A DNA stretch of 64,000 bases, taken from contig CALWOP010000177.1 of the NCBI GenBank assembly GCA_944383195.1, forward strand, positions 58,390 to 122,389, given 5' to 3'. This document shows positions 1 through 10,331 of the stretch, piece after piece. The translations under genes and the position numbers were made by a program. Position 1 is the first letter of the stretch; every line of letters starts with the position of its first letter. Below the pieces are notes generated by a model. That model did not search any database, had not been told where the DNA came from, and was given only the letters and a program-made list of their open reading frames with translations. The DNA is from an uncultured Oscillospiraceae bacterium (GTDB taxonomy: Bacteria > Bacillota > Clostridia > Oscillospirales > Oscillospiraceae).

Positions 1-469
1 TGAGTATTTTACCTACAATCCTGCTACTAAGCAGACTATTGACGTAACCGGCTTTACCTTCTTCTTCCAGAATATGGTATATCGTATGCCCGTTGCAGCT
101 TCTGCCGTTAAGGAGGGCGATATGATTATCCATAAGCATCATCCTATGTTCGTATCTGCGGTCGATGGCAACAACATTGAAGTCGTAGACATTCTGGAAT
201 CTGAGGTTAAGACTGTAATTCCTACCTCTAATCCCTTTGGTTTCAACTTCATTACCAAGATTATGCCTATTGTCAACTTTGGCAATACCGCACCTTCTCC
301 CGATCAGCCTTTCGGCAATCTCATGCCTATGATGATGGCTAACATGGTTTTCGGCGAAGACGGCAACAATAGCGACATGGGTAAGATGTTTATGCTCTCC
401 GCTATGATGGGTAATTCTAATCCTTTTAGTTTCCTTGCGGGCGGCGAGGTAGGTAGCGCCTCTAAGTAA
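1..469 (+). CDS. hypothetical protein, 5' end lies outside the window (the frame is open from nt 2)
   Basis: The reading frame stays open from the window edge to a TAA at 467-469. A rho-independent terminator follows immediately. Confidence 0.5.
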   Translation, partial: EYFTYNPATKQTIDVTGFTFFFQNMVYRMPVAASAVKEGDMIIHKHHPMFVSAVDGNNIEVVDILESEVKTVIPTSNPFGFNFITKIMPIVNFGNTAPSPDQPFGNLMPMMMANMVFGEDGNNSDMGKMFMLSAMMGNSNPFSFLAGGEVGSASK

Positions 470-485
470 GATTATACTCTAAAAT

Positions 486-515
486 AGGCGAGGTTGGAGA
501 ATTTCTGACCTCGCC
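486..515 (+). terminator. rho-independent terminator
   Basis: Hairpin ggcgaggttgga...tctgacctcgcc followed by tttcc. Confidence 0.6.
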
Positions 516-610
516 TTTCCGCAATCCCTTTATCTTCTTGCTCTTGTTGCAATTATATAATAAATATTGTATCATAAATATAGAAAATAGAAGAAAGGAA
601 GTTATGCTAT

Positions 611-838
611 ATGATTGCTATTATTTCTTGTTCTATCGAAGGTAAAAACTTTACAACTAAGTTTCCTGTTAGCAAAACTACTCCAGAATATATTGTAGCA
701 GATGAAGCTTATCGCTTAGCTATCATCTTTGCTCAAACTCAATATATCGCTAAATTTGGATACCTTTCTTCTAATCATGACTTTGGCATTTTCCTTAAAA
801 ACCTTGACTATAATTATAAAATCGAGGAGGAAAAGTAA
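611..838 (+). CDS. hypothetical protein (75 aa)
   Basis: ORF lies downstream of a promoter-like element at 571-600 and ends in TAA. Confidence 0.35.
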   Translation: MIAIISCSIEGKNFTTKFPVSKTTPEYIVADEAYRLAIIFAQTQYIAKFGYLSSNHDFGIFLKNLDYNYKIEEEK

Positions 839-1077
839 TGAACGATATTTATGTAGTTTACTACTGGCCGGATTTTGAAGATTCTCCTGAAGCTATTTGT
901 GCAGTAACTTCTGAAGCAGACGCGCAAGAACTAGTTTTTTCTTTCTGGGAGAATGCTGCATACGACAATTATCTTTCTGGCTTAGCCTGGGATCCAACCG
1001 CTAATCCAAGAGATTATTGGGACGACGATGTTTATGCTCTTGATTTTGGCTACTATCAAACTCATATTCTTAACTAA
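838..1077 (+). CDS. hypothetical protein (79 aa)
   Basis: ORF shares an ATGA overlap with the previous ORF and has an RBS gaggagg. Confidence 0.4.
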   Translation: MNDIYVVYYWPDFEDSPEAICAVTSEADAQELVFSFWENAAYDNYLSGLAWDPTANPRDYWDDDVYALDFGYYQTHILN

Positions 1078-1105
1078 GAGCTTCTTTAAAGGAGCTCTTT
1101 TTCTT

Positions 1106-1140
1106 TTGCAAAAATTAAAAAATAATGATATAATAATTAT
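1106..1140 (+). promoter_or_regulatory. sigma-A-type promoter (TTGCAA-N17-TGnTATAAT)
   Basis: ttgcaa at 1106-1111 and tgatataat at 1126-1134; matches the repeated promoter consensus. Confidence 0.6.
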
Positions 1141-1167
1141 AGAAGATAAGGAAAGGAGATAAGAAAC

Positions 1168-1389
1168 ATGAAGAACTACTTTGAGTACGAAGTTAAAGTT
1201 TGGGAAGATGGAGAGGAAGAGACTTATAGAGGAGTTACCTACGGCGATGATTATGCCGAAGCAGTCGATAATCTTGTTCAGTTCTTCGGCGAAGCAGATC
1301 TTATTTCTCTAAAAATTGAGCCTTGGGATTGTGAAGGCTGTCTTATTATGAGTAAGGAAGTTATTAACGAACTGCGGAAGTCCATCTAA
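1168..1389 (+). CDS. hypothetical protein (73 aa)
   Basis: ORF with RBS aaggaaaggag. Confidence 0.4.
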   Translation: MKNYFEYEVKVWEDGEEETYRGVTYGDDYAEAVDNLVQFFGEADLISLKIEPWDCEGCLIMSKEVINELRKSI

Positions 1390-1404
1390 AAGGAGGAATA
1401 AATC

Positions 1405-1884
1405 ATGCCTGTTGCCCCTTCTTTCCAGAATTTTACTCGACTGTCCGAGCCTTTCTTTAAGAATGGCAAGACTTATATTAAGGTAAAGAATCCTTCTACT
1501 GGGACTGAGCGAGAAGTTCGTTGGTATAGCGATAGCGAATATGCTAAAGCCTATGGGAAAAAGATGTCTGACCATAAAGATAGTTGGGATGGCCTTAAGC
1601 ACGCTCGCGGATTCGACAATGGCCCTATTCTTGTAATTCGTGGGAACAAAGCCGCTGATGAAGATTGGTTGCGGGCTTCCGTGGCCAGGTACGCAGTAGG
1701 GATTGGTTGGTATATCTCTTCGACAGATGTTTTCCCCGATGATGCTCCTGAACATCTGAAATATCTCCTGCTTGGTTGGGATGAATTTCGAGATGGGGAT
1801 GACCGTCATATGAAGAAACCTTCCGAACTTTCCACTATTCTTGACCGAAAAGCTAGAGCTAAGGAGTGGGTGAAAATGAAATAA
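1405..1884 (+). CDS. hypothetical protein (159 aa)
   Basis: ORF with RBS aaaggagg, ending in TAA, followed by a terminator hairpin gaaataagcaacgcttatttc. Confidence 0.5.
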   Translation: MPVAPSFQNFTRLSEPFFKNGKTYIKVKNPSTGTEREVRWYSDSEYAKAYGKKMSDHKDSWDGLKHARGFDNGPILVIRGNKAADEDWLRASVARYAVGIGWYISSTDVFPDDAPEHLKYLLLGWDEFRDGDDRHMKKPSELSTILDRKARAKEWVKMK

Positions 1885-2092
1885 GCAACGCTTATTTCAT
1901 TTTCCAAACATTTAGTTGGCATAAAAATTACCACTTCAGTCTAGAAATCGGTTTGCAAAAAACAAAAAAATAAGTTATAATGAATATAGAAAGTAGGAAA
2001 GAAATTTCTTGAGCGTCTTTGCTAAAAGTATCATTAAACAAGAAATTTTCTTGACTTTACTCAAAAAATATCTTATAATATAAATACAATAA

Positions 2093-2547
2093 AACAAGAA
2101 ATATTGGTCATTTTTATATCATTGCGGTAATATTCATTATGCCTCATAGCATAATTTAAAGAACGGAGATGTAACAAGATGTAATGACTGTAAAATAAAA
2201 TCTAAAGGTGAAGAGAAAATAGTATAGTTATTGCAAGAAAATGGCATCTCTTTTGAAAGAGAAAAAACCTTTGAATCATGTAGGAATCCTAAAACTAACA
2301 AGTTATTAAGATTTGACTTTTATGTAAACAATTCATATTTGATAGAATTTGATGGTAAACAACACTATTCTGATACACTTTTCTTTAGCGAAAATTTCAG
2401 TTTAGCTGATTAGTAGTATAGAGACAAATATAAGGAATGGTGGTGTAAAGAAAACAATATACCATTAATTCGCATACCATACACAATACTCGATATCCTG
2501 TCTTTTAAAGACATTGATATAAATAATAGTAAATTTATTTTAAGATA
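2093..2547 (+). pseudogene. copy of the Zn-ribbon + Vsr-like homing-endonuclease family; probably 5'-truncated (no ATG); contains an in-frame TAG-TAG
   Basis: Translation CGNIHYASQHNLKNGDVTRCNDCK...RFDFYVNNSYLIEFDGKQHY...NNIPLIRIPY matches the C-terminal halves of the paralogs at 27939, 39707 and 47189. Confidence 0.4.
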
Positions 2548-2564
2548 AAAAGGAGAAAAATACA

Positions 2565-3005
2565 ATGACTAATAAGACACCTAAGGTTACTAAGAAGGCC
2601 AATTATTCTGCTATTCTTGCCATCCTGAACGCCGCTGAGAGTAACGGTCTGGAGCTTGATGGCACCGAGATCACTTATGATAGTCTCCGCGACTTTGTCG
2701 AGCATGAGGTTGAGCTGCTTGATAATAAGGCCGCCGCAGCTGCAAAGCGTGCCGCCGCTAAGAAGGTTGAGGGAGACGCTCTTCGCGAGAAGATTTATGA
2801 TGTGCTTACCGATGAGCCTATGACCATCAATGAGATTGTGAAGGCTCTGGATGACGAGGATATTTCTGCACAGATGGTTACTGCCCGTCTGACTCAGCTC
2901 GCTTCTCCTGAAGTGAACCGTGTTGTGAAGGAGACTGTTACTGTTCCTGCCTCTAGCGAGGGTGGTAAGTCTAAGAAGCTCAGTGCTTATCGTCGCATTG
3001 GCTAA
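2565..3005 (+). CDS. hypothetical protein (146 aa)
   Basis: ORF with RBS aaaaggag and a strong terminator at 3021-3058. Confidence 0.5.
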   Translation: MTNKTPKVTKKANYSAILAILNAAESNGLELDGTEITYDSLRDFVEHEVELLDNKAAAAAKRAAAKKVEGDALREKIYDVLTDEPMTINEIVKALDDEDISAQMVTARLTQLASPEVNRVVKETVTVPASSEGGKSKKLSAYRRIG

Positions 3006-3020
3006 TTGAAACCTTTAGAA

Positions 3021-3058
3021 AGGTAGCTACGAAGAGTAGCTACCTTTCTTTTTAACCA
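3021..3058 (+). terminator. rho-independent terminator
   Basis: Hairpin aaaggtagctac-gaag-agtagctaccttt followed by ctttttt. Confidence 0.65.
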
Positions 3059-3295
3059 CAATTTAGTACAAACTGCAAATTGAGTTGGGCCGCCTGGAAA
3101 ATCAATTATATAGCATATTATATATATTATAACAAGAGCAAGAATAGATAGAGGAACCATTAATTTCACCTTCTTTTATTTATATATTTATTATAACAAA
3201 AGCAAATAGAATTGTCAATCTGGTAATTTTATCTCAAGATTGACAGTCTTTACATTATATGCTATAATAAATATATAAGCAAAGGAGGCTTTATT

Positions 3296-4075
3296 ATGAT
3301 TTTTAGTGTAAGCCATCATTCTAATAAGATGAAGTAGGCAGGCGAAATACGCTGTCCTTATAATCAATTAGGAACAATAATTAAATTTATTAAAGAAAAT
3401 CCTTCAAAAAGATATAATATTATTATTCCTGATGATTTAACTTAGATACAATTAAAAAAATTAGCCGAGCAAGTTGATATAGTTAAAACAATAGCAGAAG
3501 ACTACACCATTCAATGTGGAAATATCTTGCAACTAAGAGACTTAAAGGATATGGGATATAATAGATATTTGCGGTTCCCGGTTACCGATTGGGAGACTCT
3601 AGAAGAATTGCGGGAAGCCGAGGTTAGTGACCTCTATATAGATGGCCCACTAGGATTCCAAATGGATGCAATTGCGCAAATTAAAGGAGATACAAAGATA
3701 AGAGTATCACCCACTATCTCCCCTAATATCTCCATTTCCGCAAATAGGAAACCTTCAAGTTTCTTTATTCGTCCAGAAGATTTATCGCTATACTCTCATG
3801 CTATTGATATTATAGATTTTAAAGAAAGAGAGCAAGACAAAGAAGATACTTTATTTGCAATCTATAATAGAGGAACTTTTAATTATGATATTAATCTCTT
3901 AATAGATGATCTTCCCGCGAGAAATAATCTTTTATTCGGCGATAATTTTGCAAAGAAAAGATTAAACTGTGCTCAAAAATGTAATATTCCTGGTCATCAA
4001 TGCCGTTACTGTGATACTTATTTTTCTGTAACTCTCAAAATGAGAGAATTAGCTAAATCTAGCGCAAAGAAATAA
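3296..4075 (+). CDS. hypothetical Cys-cluster protein (CxxxC...CRYC) with 2 in-frame TAG codons
   Basis: One continuous frame runs from ATG 3296 to TAA 4073-4075 when TAG is read through. The six-frame track splits it at the TAG codons. Confidence 0.5.
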
Positions 4076-4140
4076 TTAGATTTTATTATTTATTTATATT
4101 ATAATATAAGTATAAAGATAATAAAGGAGTGTTTCTAAAG

Positions 4141-4854
4141 ATGAAATGGTCAGAAATTCTCCCTCAAGAAGCGTTAGATTTAAGTGTCCAACTTGAAAAC
4201 CATGCTTTAGAAGAGCGCTCTAAGGGAAAAGTTCTATTTCCAGAATAGGACAAAATCTTTAGAGCGCTTAATCTTACGCGTCCAGAAGATGTAAAAGTAT
4301 GTATAGTTGGTCAAGATCCATACCATACGCCTGGAGCGGCAAATGGTTTAGCGTTTTCTATTTCGGATGGTAGTCCTATTCAACCTTCATTAAGAAATAT
4401 TTTTATCGAGCTTAATAGCGATTTAGGGCTACCAATTCCGCGATCAGGAGATTTAACTCCTTGGGCAGAAAAAGGAGTTTTATTACTAAATGCAAGTTTA
4501 ACAGTGTATGAGCATCAAGCAAATAGTTGTATAAATTGGGGATGGAATAAGTTTACAACAGCTGTATTAAAGGCCGCGACTACACTTCCTCAACCTATTG
4601 TTTTTATGTTATGGGGAGCAAATGCGCAGGCTTTATTAAAGGATTTAAATTCAAGCCCTATGGTTTGGGATAATCCTGGTGTGGCTAGAGAGAATTTAAT
4701 TAAGAAAGCGTATATTCTTTCTTCTCACCCAAGTCCTTTTAGCGTTAGTAAACAATGTAAAGGAACTCCATCTTTTAAAGGAAGTAAACCATTCTCAACA
4801 GCGAATAATTTATTGGTATCAATGGGAGGAGAACCTATTGATTGGACTTTATAA
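4141..4854 (+). CDS. ung: uracil-DNA glycosylase (family 1 UNG) with one in-frame TAG at 4246-4248
   Basis: The motif VKVCIVGQDPYHTPGAANGLAFS and HPSPFS is present. The TAG aligns with the Gln in the E. coli Ung segment IYPPQKDVF (here FPE*DKIF). Confidence 0.85.
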
Positions 4855-4870
4855 AGACAGGGGTTAGTAG

Positions 4871-6172
4871 ATGATAGATTTAAAGAAAATACAAAGTGAT
4901 TTTGAATCTATCCTTGTTCATTCTCAAGATTATCCGTTTTATCTCAATGCAGAGAATACAATTAAACAATGGTTTGAAGCAAAAGATGACATAATTTCTA
5001 AGTTTTGCGGCGAGCTTATTGTTAGAAGTAAAACTCCTGTTCGGATAGATTTAACCGAAGAACAAAGAAATAAAAGATTTGAGGAGTTTATTCATACTCT
5101 TGATGAAAATGGAATTTTAACTGAAGAATTTGAATTATTTCTTCGAGATAATAAAGGAGGATTTTTTGATAATAGAGTTTTGTTACCTTATCCTTCTTTC
5201 AATATCCCGCTTGGCTCTAAGTTATCTAAGTCATTCAAAAGATTTTTGAATAACGCGGAGACAATTAGATGGGTGCAAGATACCGCTTCTCGATATATTC
5301 AAGAAAACAAGATTGAAGGATACCTATATCTTTCGGTTCATCCTATTGATTTTCTGACTTTATCTGAAAACAACGAAAATTGGTGGTCTTGTCAAACTCT
5401 CGATGGAGATTTTAGAGCAGGAAATTTAAGTTATATGGTAGATAAAACTACTATCGTTGCATATCTCTCTAATGGAAAACAAGAGGAAATGAGATGTTTA
5501 CCGAGAGGAATGAAATGGTATAGTAAAAAATGGAGAATGTTAATTCATACAGACAGAGAGAATAATATCTATTATAATCGACAATATCCATATGAATCAA
5601 GAGATTTACTTGAAAAAGTTCATAATATGGTAACGCAATTCATTCCTGTCGAGATGTCTATGCCTTTAGATTATGGTTTTAAGGTAATTCAAACTCAATG
5701 GGGTGGAGGTCAATTATCTTATAATCAGATAAACGCGGGCGGCAGGATACATGATACCAGAGACACGATTGATGTAGAAGATTATCTTGGTTATTCAGAT
5801 TTAATTCAATCGAGTACATATGCTCCAATTATTTCAGTAAATACTGAAAAATACCAAGATTATGCTAGCATGTGTGACGATGGCAAAAGTGCAGAAGAGG
5901 CTTTCTTTAATCGGGTATTTAAAATAAAGATTGGAGAAAAGCCAATTTGTCCATGTTGTGGCACAGAGCATATCAATAGGGAGAGTTCTTTCCTCTGTGA
6001 ATATTGTATAGCAGAGAAAGAGGCAGATGAAGATTTTTATTTGACTTGTGATAGTTGTTATCATAGAATATATGATGAAGATGAAATTTATTGGATGGAT
6101 GGCAGACCTTATTGTAAGAGTTGCCATAGTTTAATGCAACAAGAGGATAGATATATTGAGGAGGAAGAATAA
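4871..6172 (+). CDS. hypothetical protein (433 aa) with C-terminal tandem zinc ribbons
   Basis: ORF with no TAG; CPCCG...CEYC...CDSC...CKSC. Confidence 0.6.
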   Translation: MIDLKKIQSDFESILVHSQDYPFYLNAENTIKQWFEAKDDIISKFCGELIVRSKTPVRIDLTEEQRNKRFEEFIHTLDENGILTEEFELFLRDNKGGFFDNRVLLPYPSFNIPLGSKLSKSFKRFLNNAETIRWVQDTASRYIQENKIEGYLYLSVHPIDFLTLSENNENWWSCQTLDGDFRAGNLSYMVDKTTIVAYLSNGKQEEMRCLPRGMKWYSKKWRMLIHTDRENNIYYNRQYPYESRDLLEKVHNMVTQFIPVEMSMPLDYGFKVIQTQWGGGQLSYNQINAGGRIHDTRDTIDVEDYLGYSDLIQSSTYAPIISVNTEKYQDYASMCDDGKSAEEAFFNRVFKIKIGEKPICPCCGTEHINRESSFLCEYCIAEKEADEDFYLTCDSCYHRIYDEDEIYWMDGRPYCKSCHSLMQQEDRYIEEEE

Positions 6173-6483
6173 TGGCTAAAAGAGGAGACGCAGCGCGTCA
6201 GTCTGTAATGGATACAATTTGCAAGGCTTTCGGAGATAATTTTGTAGGTATTCAAGATAAGAAAGCCTATGTGTTTGCCCAGGATGGAGTAAATGGAGAG
6301 CGGATTCAATTTGCAATTTCTATTACTATGCCGAAAACACCAATTGCGGGCGGGGGAGATAGTATGCCCTCTACAGCAAGCTCTGAAGCGCCGGCCGCAA
6401 CTAATTTTACTCCAACAGAATTGGCTCCGGAGGATAAGGCCAAGATCGAGGAGTTAAAGCAGCGACTCGGCATTGTTGATTAA
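6172..6483 (+). CDS. hypothetical protein (103 aa)
   Basis: ORF sharing an ATAATGG overlap with the previous gene. Confidence 0.5.
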   Translation: MAKRGDAARQSVMDTICKAFGDNFVGIQDKKAYVFAQDGVNGERIQFAISITMPKTPIAGGGDSMPSTASSEAPAATNFTPTELAPEDKAKIEELKQRLGIVD

Positions 6484-6611
6484 AAATTTTGGGTATGGAA
6501 GTTTAAGATATTCAATATAAAGTTTAATAATAGTACAATCTCCTTACTTATTCAAGAGAGATATAGAAGATTTAATCAAGCTTTATATCTCTCTTGAAAA
6601 TATTAAAAATA

Positions 6612-6640
6612 AATGATATAATATTTATAGAAGGTAAGGA
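6612..6640 (+). promoter_or_regulatory. conserved phage promoter (tgatataatatttatagaag)
   Basis: Exact match to the consensus TGATATAATATTTATAGAAAG. Confidence 0.6.
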
Positions 6641-6796
6641 AAGAAGAGTTTACAAACTTCTCCTACCGATAATTTGAAAATCAAATATAAATATTGTATA
6701 ATATTTATATAAGTTATCGACAGTAACTATAAATAACTGCATAGGTAAGGCGTGAGTGAGGCTGATATGCGTTAAATAAAATACTCACTTATATAT

Positions 6797-6887
6797 ACTC
6801 CCTTAGCTTAATGGTAAAGCAGCGGGTTTATACCCCGTCGATCCAGATAAGATGCTGATCAGGGTTCGAGTCCCTGAGGGAGTACCA
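6797..6887 (+). tRNA. tRNA, type II (long variable arm, 91 nt), anticodon loop tttatac (nominal UAU); non-canonical
   Basis: Acceptor actccct/agggagt, D-arm gctt-aatggtaa-aagc, T-arm cagggttcgagtccctg, and 3' ACCA are all present. Confidence 0.6.
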
Positions 6888-6950
6888 GAGGCGTAATGCC
6901 GTTTGCCCTTGAAAGAGGTATCACAGTAAGACGCATACAGCAAACCTATT

Positions 6951-7025
6951 TCCAGAATAGTCAAATGGTTAAGACATTTCAATTAAAGTGAAAAATTATC
7001 GGTTCGAATCCGATTTCCGGAGCCA
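6951..7025 (+). tRNA. tRNA with anticodon UAA (Leu-type anticodon) but a type-I body (short variable arm), G73
   Basis: Anticodon stem tttca/tgaaa, loop attaaag, T-loop ttcgaat, CCA encoded. Confidence 0.65.
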
Positions 7026-7044
7026 ACTAGCGTCTTGAAAACAT

Positions 7045-7085
7045 TTGAAAAACTTTTATAAATATGATATAATATTTATAGAAAG
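7045..7085 (+). promoter_or_regulatory. sigma-A-type promoter (TTGAAA-N17-TGATATAAT + ATTTATAGAAAG)
   Basis: ttgaaa at 7045-7050 and tgatataat at 7065-7073; lies upstream of ORF 7098. Confidence 0.65.
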
Positions 7086-7097
7086 TAAGAAAGGAAG

Positions 7098-7304
7098 TTG
7101 CATATGGATAAGAAGTTATATCTCGCACAGCTTACGGCTGAGGCTATCTCTTGTTATCATAATGAAGACGCTATTTGTGATGCTCTTTGGCTTATGAATG
7201 GTGGTCTTGGAGGAGCCGAAGAAGAGTGGGAGAACTTTAATGCAACTTTCAAGGATGCCTTTGGAGTTACTTATGACGAGGCAAAGAAATTAAACCTGTT
7301 TTAA
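7098..7304 (+). CDS. hypothetical protein (68 aa)
   Basis: ORF directly after the promoter and an RBS aaggaag. Confidence 0.45.
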   Translation: MHMDKKLYLAQLTAEAISCYHNEDAICDALWLMNGGLGGAEEEWENFNATFKDAFGVTYDEAKKLNLF

Positions 7305-7435
7305 GCAAAAATTGAAAATCAAAATAAAATATGTTATAATATTTATATAAGGCGGTTTCAGCAATTCTCTTTGGAGGAATAAAACGCTTGTATTTGGGTT
7401 CAAGAAAGTTTATTTACATCCGCCTTGAAATATAT

Positions 7436-7512
7436 TGGTCGGTAGCTCAGTAGGTTAGAGCGCTCGCCTGTTAAGCGAGATGTCGTGGGTTCGAATCCCA
7501 CCCTTCCAGCCA
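7436..7512 (+). tRNA. tRNA-Asn (GUU)
   Basis: Anticodon loop ctgttaa; D-arm gctcagtaggttagagc; T-arm gtgggttcgaatcccac; CCA present; the acceptor stem has 2 mismatches. Confidence 0.7.
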
Positions 7513-7749
7513 GAGTCGATGTTTGAAAGAGTTCGTCGCGACTTTAACCCTAAACTTTCATTTAATATCGCTCTCCATTAAATCGGCGCGGGAGACTTGG
7601 ACAAGAGTAAGAGCAATCCCGAGGTCTTTACCTCTATTGGGCTTCTATCGACACATGACGCGCTAAATCATTCGTCAACTGCGAAATAAAATAAGAGGCT
7701 GGCCCATAGAGCAACGGGTAGTTCGGAAACAAATAGTTACTCTTTTATG

Positions 7750-7826
7750 TTCTCGTGGCGCAATTGGCAGACGCGCGTGGCTTAGAACCACGATGTTGCG
7801 AGTTCGAGTCTCGCCGAGAACACCAT
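7750..7826 (+). tRNA. tRNA with anticodon UAG (Leu-type) but a type-I body, A73
   Basis: Acceptor gttctcg/cgagaac; anticodon stem cgtgg/ccacg with loop cttagaa; T-arm gcgagttcgagtctcgc; CCA present. Confidence 0.65.
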
Positions 7827-7921
7827 ATATAGAGATAGAATAAGGTCGCTCCTTATTTGACAAGAGTAATGCTCCTCTTCTCTATATAATAATATTATTG
7901 AGCATAAAAAGGAGCATAAAA

Positions 7922-8647
7922 ATGGAACGAAAATATACGGTATATATCCATGAAAATTAGTTAAATGGGAAGAAATATATCGGAATAACTTGTGATGCTG
8001 TAGAGTCAAGATGGAGAAATGGAAAGGGGTACTCTACATAGGTATTTGGTAGAGCCATTGAAAAATATGGTTGGGATAACTTTAGTCATAAGATTATTCA
8101 AGAAGGCTTGTCTAAAGAAGAAGCTGAACGATTAGAAATCTAGTTAATAAAACAGTATAATACCTAGAATCCAGATTATGGATATAATATTGCTGCTGGT
8201 GGTGGAGCAACTTTACCGTCTATGTATTGCGAAGTATTTTAGTATAGTTCTTCTGGTGATTTAATTGGAAGATATAATTCTTATAAGCAAGCGGAAAAAG
8301 AAACTGGAACCAGAGCAGATGAAATTGGATTGGTTTGTAACGGAACTAGATATACCGCAAATGGATTTGTATGGTCAAATAAAAAGTTGTCTAAAGATGA
8401 TGTAAAAGAACAAATTAAATAGGCATAGATTAATTTAGATATTGGCAGAAATAACGGTATTACTAATGCAGTAAAAAAGATTAGTATGAAAGTTTAGTAG
8501 ATAGATCCAAAAAGTGGAAAAGTTGTCGCAGAATACCCCTCTCAAAGAGAAGCGGCAAGAACTCTAAATATAGACCAAAAGGGAATTTCAAATGTCATAA
8601 GAGGTAAATAGAAAACTTCTGGAGGCTTTATTTGGAAAGCAATTTAA
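7922..8647 (+). CDS. GIY-YIG homing endonuclease, ~10 in-frame TAG codons, ends in TAA
   Basis: [18 protein letters not shown]...NSHL-like...YNIAAGG; the frame is continuous when TAG is read through. Confidence 0.75.
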
Positions 8648-8650
8648 TAT

Positions 8651-8735
8651 GGTCGGGTGGCGGAATGGTATACGCGCTGATTTGAGGGGTCAGTGAGCCA
8701 TGCTTATGTGAGTTCGAATCTCATCCCGACCACCA
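8651..8735 (+). tRNA. tRNA-Leu (GAG), canonical type II
   Basis: Acceptor ggtcggg/cccgacc; anticodon stem ctgat/gtcag with loop ttgaggg; long variable arm; CCA present. Confidence 0.8.
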
Positions 8736-8956
8736 AATCGTAAGAGCGATGCATAGCGTCTTACGCGGGATCATAGCACCCGATAGTATGTTATGGGTAA
8801 CGCTTTGACTGGTAGCGTGACTTTTAGATGCAGTCTGGTATGCTGAAACTTAGTTTCAACATGAAACTTAAATGCCGCATACTCCTAATTCGGGCACAGC
8901 TCCTTTGAAGGTGAAGAAAGTTGAGCTTAGTAGAGGATCGCGGCCTCTGCGAATAT

Positions 8957-8995
8957 TTGAAAAACTTTTATAAATATGATATAATATTCATAGAA
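8957..8995 (+). promoter_or_regulatory. sigma-A-type promoter driving RNA genes
   Basis: ttgaaa at 8957-8962 and tgatataat at 8977-8985, followed by gtaagacatagtacagcaaaa. Confidence 0.6.
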
Positions 8996-9001
8996 AGTAA
9001 G

Positions 9002-9077
9002 ACATAGTACAGCAAAACCTTGGGTAAAGAATTAGTCTGCAAAACTGAAACGAGAAGGTTCAAATCCTTCACTATGT
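9002..9077 (+). ncRNA. tRNA-like minihelix element (7-bp acceptor + T-arm; no canonical D or anticodon arms)
   Basis: acatagt ... gaaggttcaaatccttc actatgt: a perfect acceptor stem and T-arm; the internal 45 nt do not fold as a cloverleaf; it starts with the motif TACAGCAAAA. Confidence 0.35.
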
Positions 9078-9089
9078 CTTGTTCTATAT

Positions 9090-9165
9090 GGTGGCGTAGT
9101 TCAGTAGGCTAGAACGTCGGCCTGTCACGCCGAAGGTCACGGGTTCAAATCCCGTCGTCATCGCC
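9090..9165 (+). tRNA. tRNA-Asp (GUC)
   Basis: Anticodon stem tcggc/gccga with loop ctgtcac; T-arm acgggttcaaatcccgt; CCA present. Confidence 0.8.
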
Positions 9166-9168
9166 AAT

Positions 9169-9210
9169 TTGAAAAACAATTAAAAATATTGTATAATATT
9201 TATACAAGGT
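9169..9210 (+). promoter_or_regulatory. sigma-A-type promoter (TTGAAA-N17-TGTATAAT)
   Basis: ttgaaa at 9169-9174 and tgtataat at 9190-9197. Confidence 0.6.
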
Positions 9211-9237
9211 TGGAAATCTTCTAAGATTTTCAGATAT

Positions 9238-9313
9238 GGGGCATTAGCTCAGTTGGGAGAGCGCCTGCCTTGCAAGCAGGAGGTCACGAGTTCGACCCTC
9301 GTATGTTCCACCA
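9238..9313 (+). tRNA. tRNA-Ala (UGC)
   Basis: D-arm gctcagttgggagagc; anticodon stem cctgc/gcagg with loop cttgcaa; CCA present. Confidence 0.8.
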
Positions 9314-9557
9314 TAGGTATCAATAATAGAGTGATACCATTATATATAACAGGTTTTTATTGATTTCATTGCCATAAAACAATAGGGCATTTTCTCTTTT
9401 CCGTCCTCAAAGAAACGAGTGGCTTTCAGTGACGCCGCTGTTCGCCAAATGGAAGAAAGTTAATATTCTCTTTATATAATTAGATATTATAAAATAGCAG
9501 ATTAATAGACGCTATTATTAGAAAATAAAGAAAAGAGATTATTAAAAGTGCGCATAT

Positions 9558-9632
9558 GCTCGGTTAGTCAAGCGGTAAAGACGCTGGCCTTTCACGCCAG
9601 AGGCACGGGTTCGACTCCCGTACCGAGTACCA
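9558..9632 (+). tRNA. tRNA-Glu (UUC)
   Basis: Anticodon stem ctggc/gccag with loop ctttcac; T-arm acgggttcgactcccgt; CCA present. Confidence 0.8.
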
Positions 9633-9659
9633 TAAATCAAGAGGAAAGGAAGATAACAT

Positions 9660-9905
9660 ATGAATAAGGTTCACGGCACTTTCACCAATTTTAAGGATAT
9701 GGCTGTTGCACTTGGGGTTAAGATTCCTAAGACAAAGGAAGAGAAGCCTATGAAGTGCAGTAATTGCGGCGCCCCGATGCACCGGGCGGGTAATTCAAAT
9801 GTGTGGGTTTGTGATTTTCACAAGCTGACGGATGAAAAGTTGCCGGATGGAACTGATGTGCAGGTATTTACGAAGTGCGGAAATACCGTAATTGAGCGGA
9901 TTTAA
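9660..9905 (+). CDS. small zinc-ribbon protein (81 aa)
   Basis: CSNCG...CDFH...C; RBS aggaaaggaag. Confidence 0.5.
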   Translation: MNKVHGTFTNFKDMAVALGVKIPKTKEEKPMKCSNCGAPMHRAGNSNVWVCDFHKLTDEKLPDGTDVQVFTKCGNTVIERI

Positions 9906-9945
9906 TCATAGAGACCTGAGCAAGTCAATAAACTGCTCTTTAAAT

Positions 9946-10023
9946 GGCCTTGTCGACGAAATGGCTAAGTCGCCACCCTCTCAAGGTGGAGGTTGATGGG
10001 TTCGAATCCCTCCAAGGTCACCA
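9946..10023 (+). tRNA. tRNA, anticodon CUC (Glu-type); the T-stem is weak, so this may be a degenerate copy
   Basis: Acceptor ggccttg/caaggtc; anticodon stem ccacc/ggtgg with loop ctctcaa; T-loop ttcgaat; CCA present; the T-stem forms only 3 bp. Confidence 0.5.
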
Positions 10024-10331
10024 GATGTATAGGTTCCACAGCTCTAGAGAGAAAACGGGCCTTTCTTGTGCGTAGAGTATGGTACGGCAAGAACGAATTA
10101 TTGATAACTGGCACGCCCTTGCTTAATTAAAGTAGAACGGTTCCGGCTGATACATCCAGCGGAGGGGCGCAAGAGTACCGTGGCTATTAGAGTTATTCCA
10201 AAATATAAAGTATATGAGGCGAGAATAGAAAAGCGAGGAGTGGCAACGCAGACCAACTCAAGAGTGTCTAGGCGTTAAGTAGTAAAAATATATTTTGGTT
10301 TCATTATAATTTAATTCTAATAGCTGTATAT

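Noticed and set aside
6797-7826. Whether the UAA- and UAG-anticodon tRNAs could be ochre or amber suppressors
   Set aside because: Anticodons 5'-UAA-3' and 5'-UAG-3' pair with the codons UUA and CUA (Leu), not with stop codons. The true amber suppressor (CUA) is at 25732-25805.
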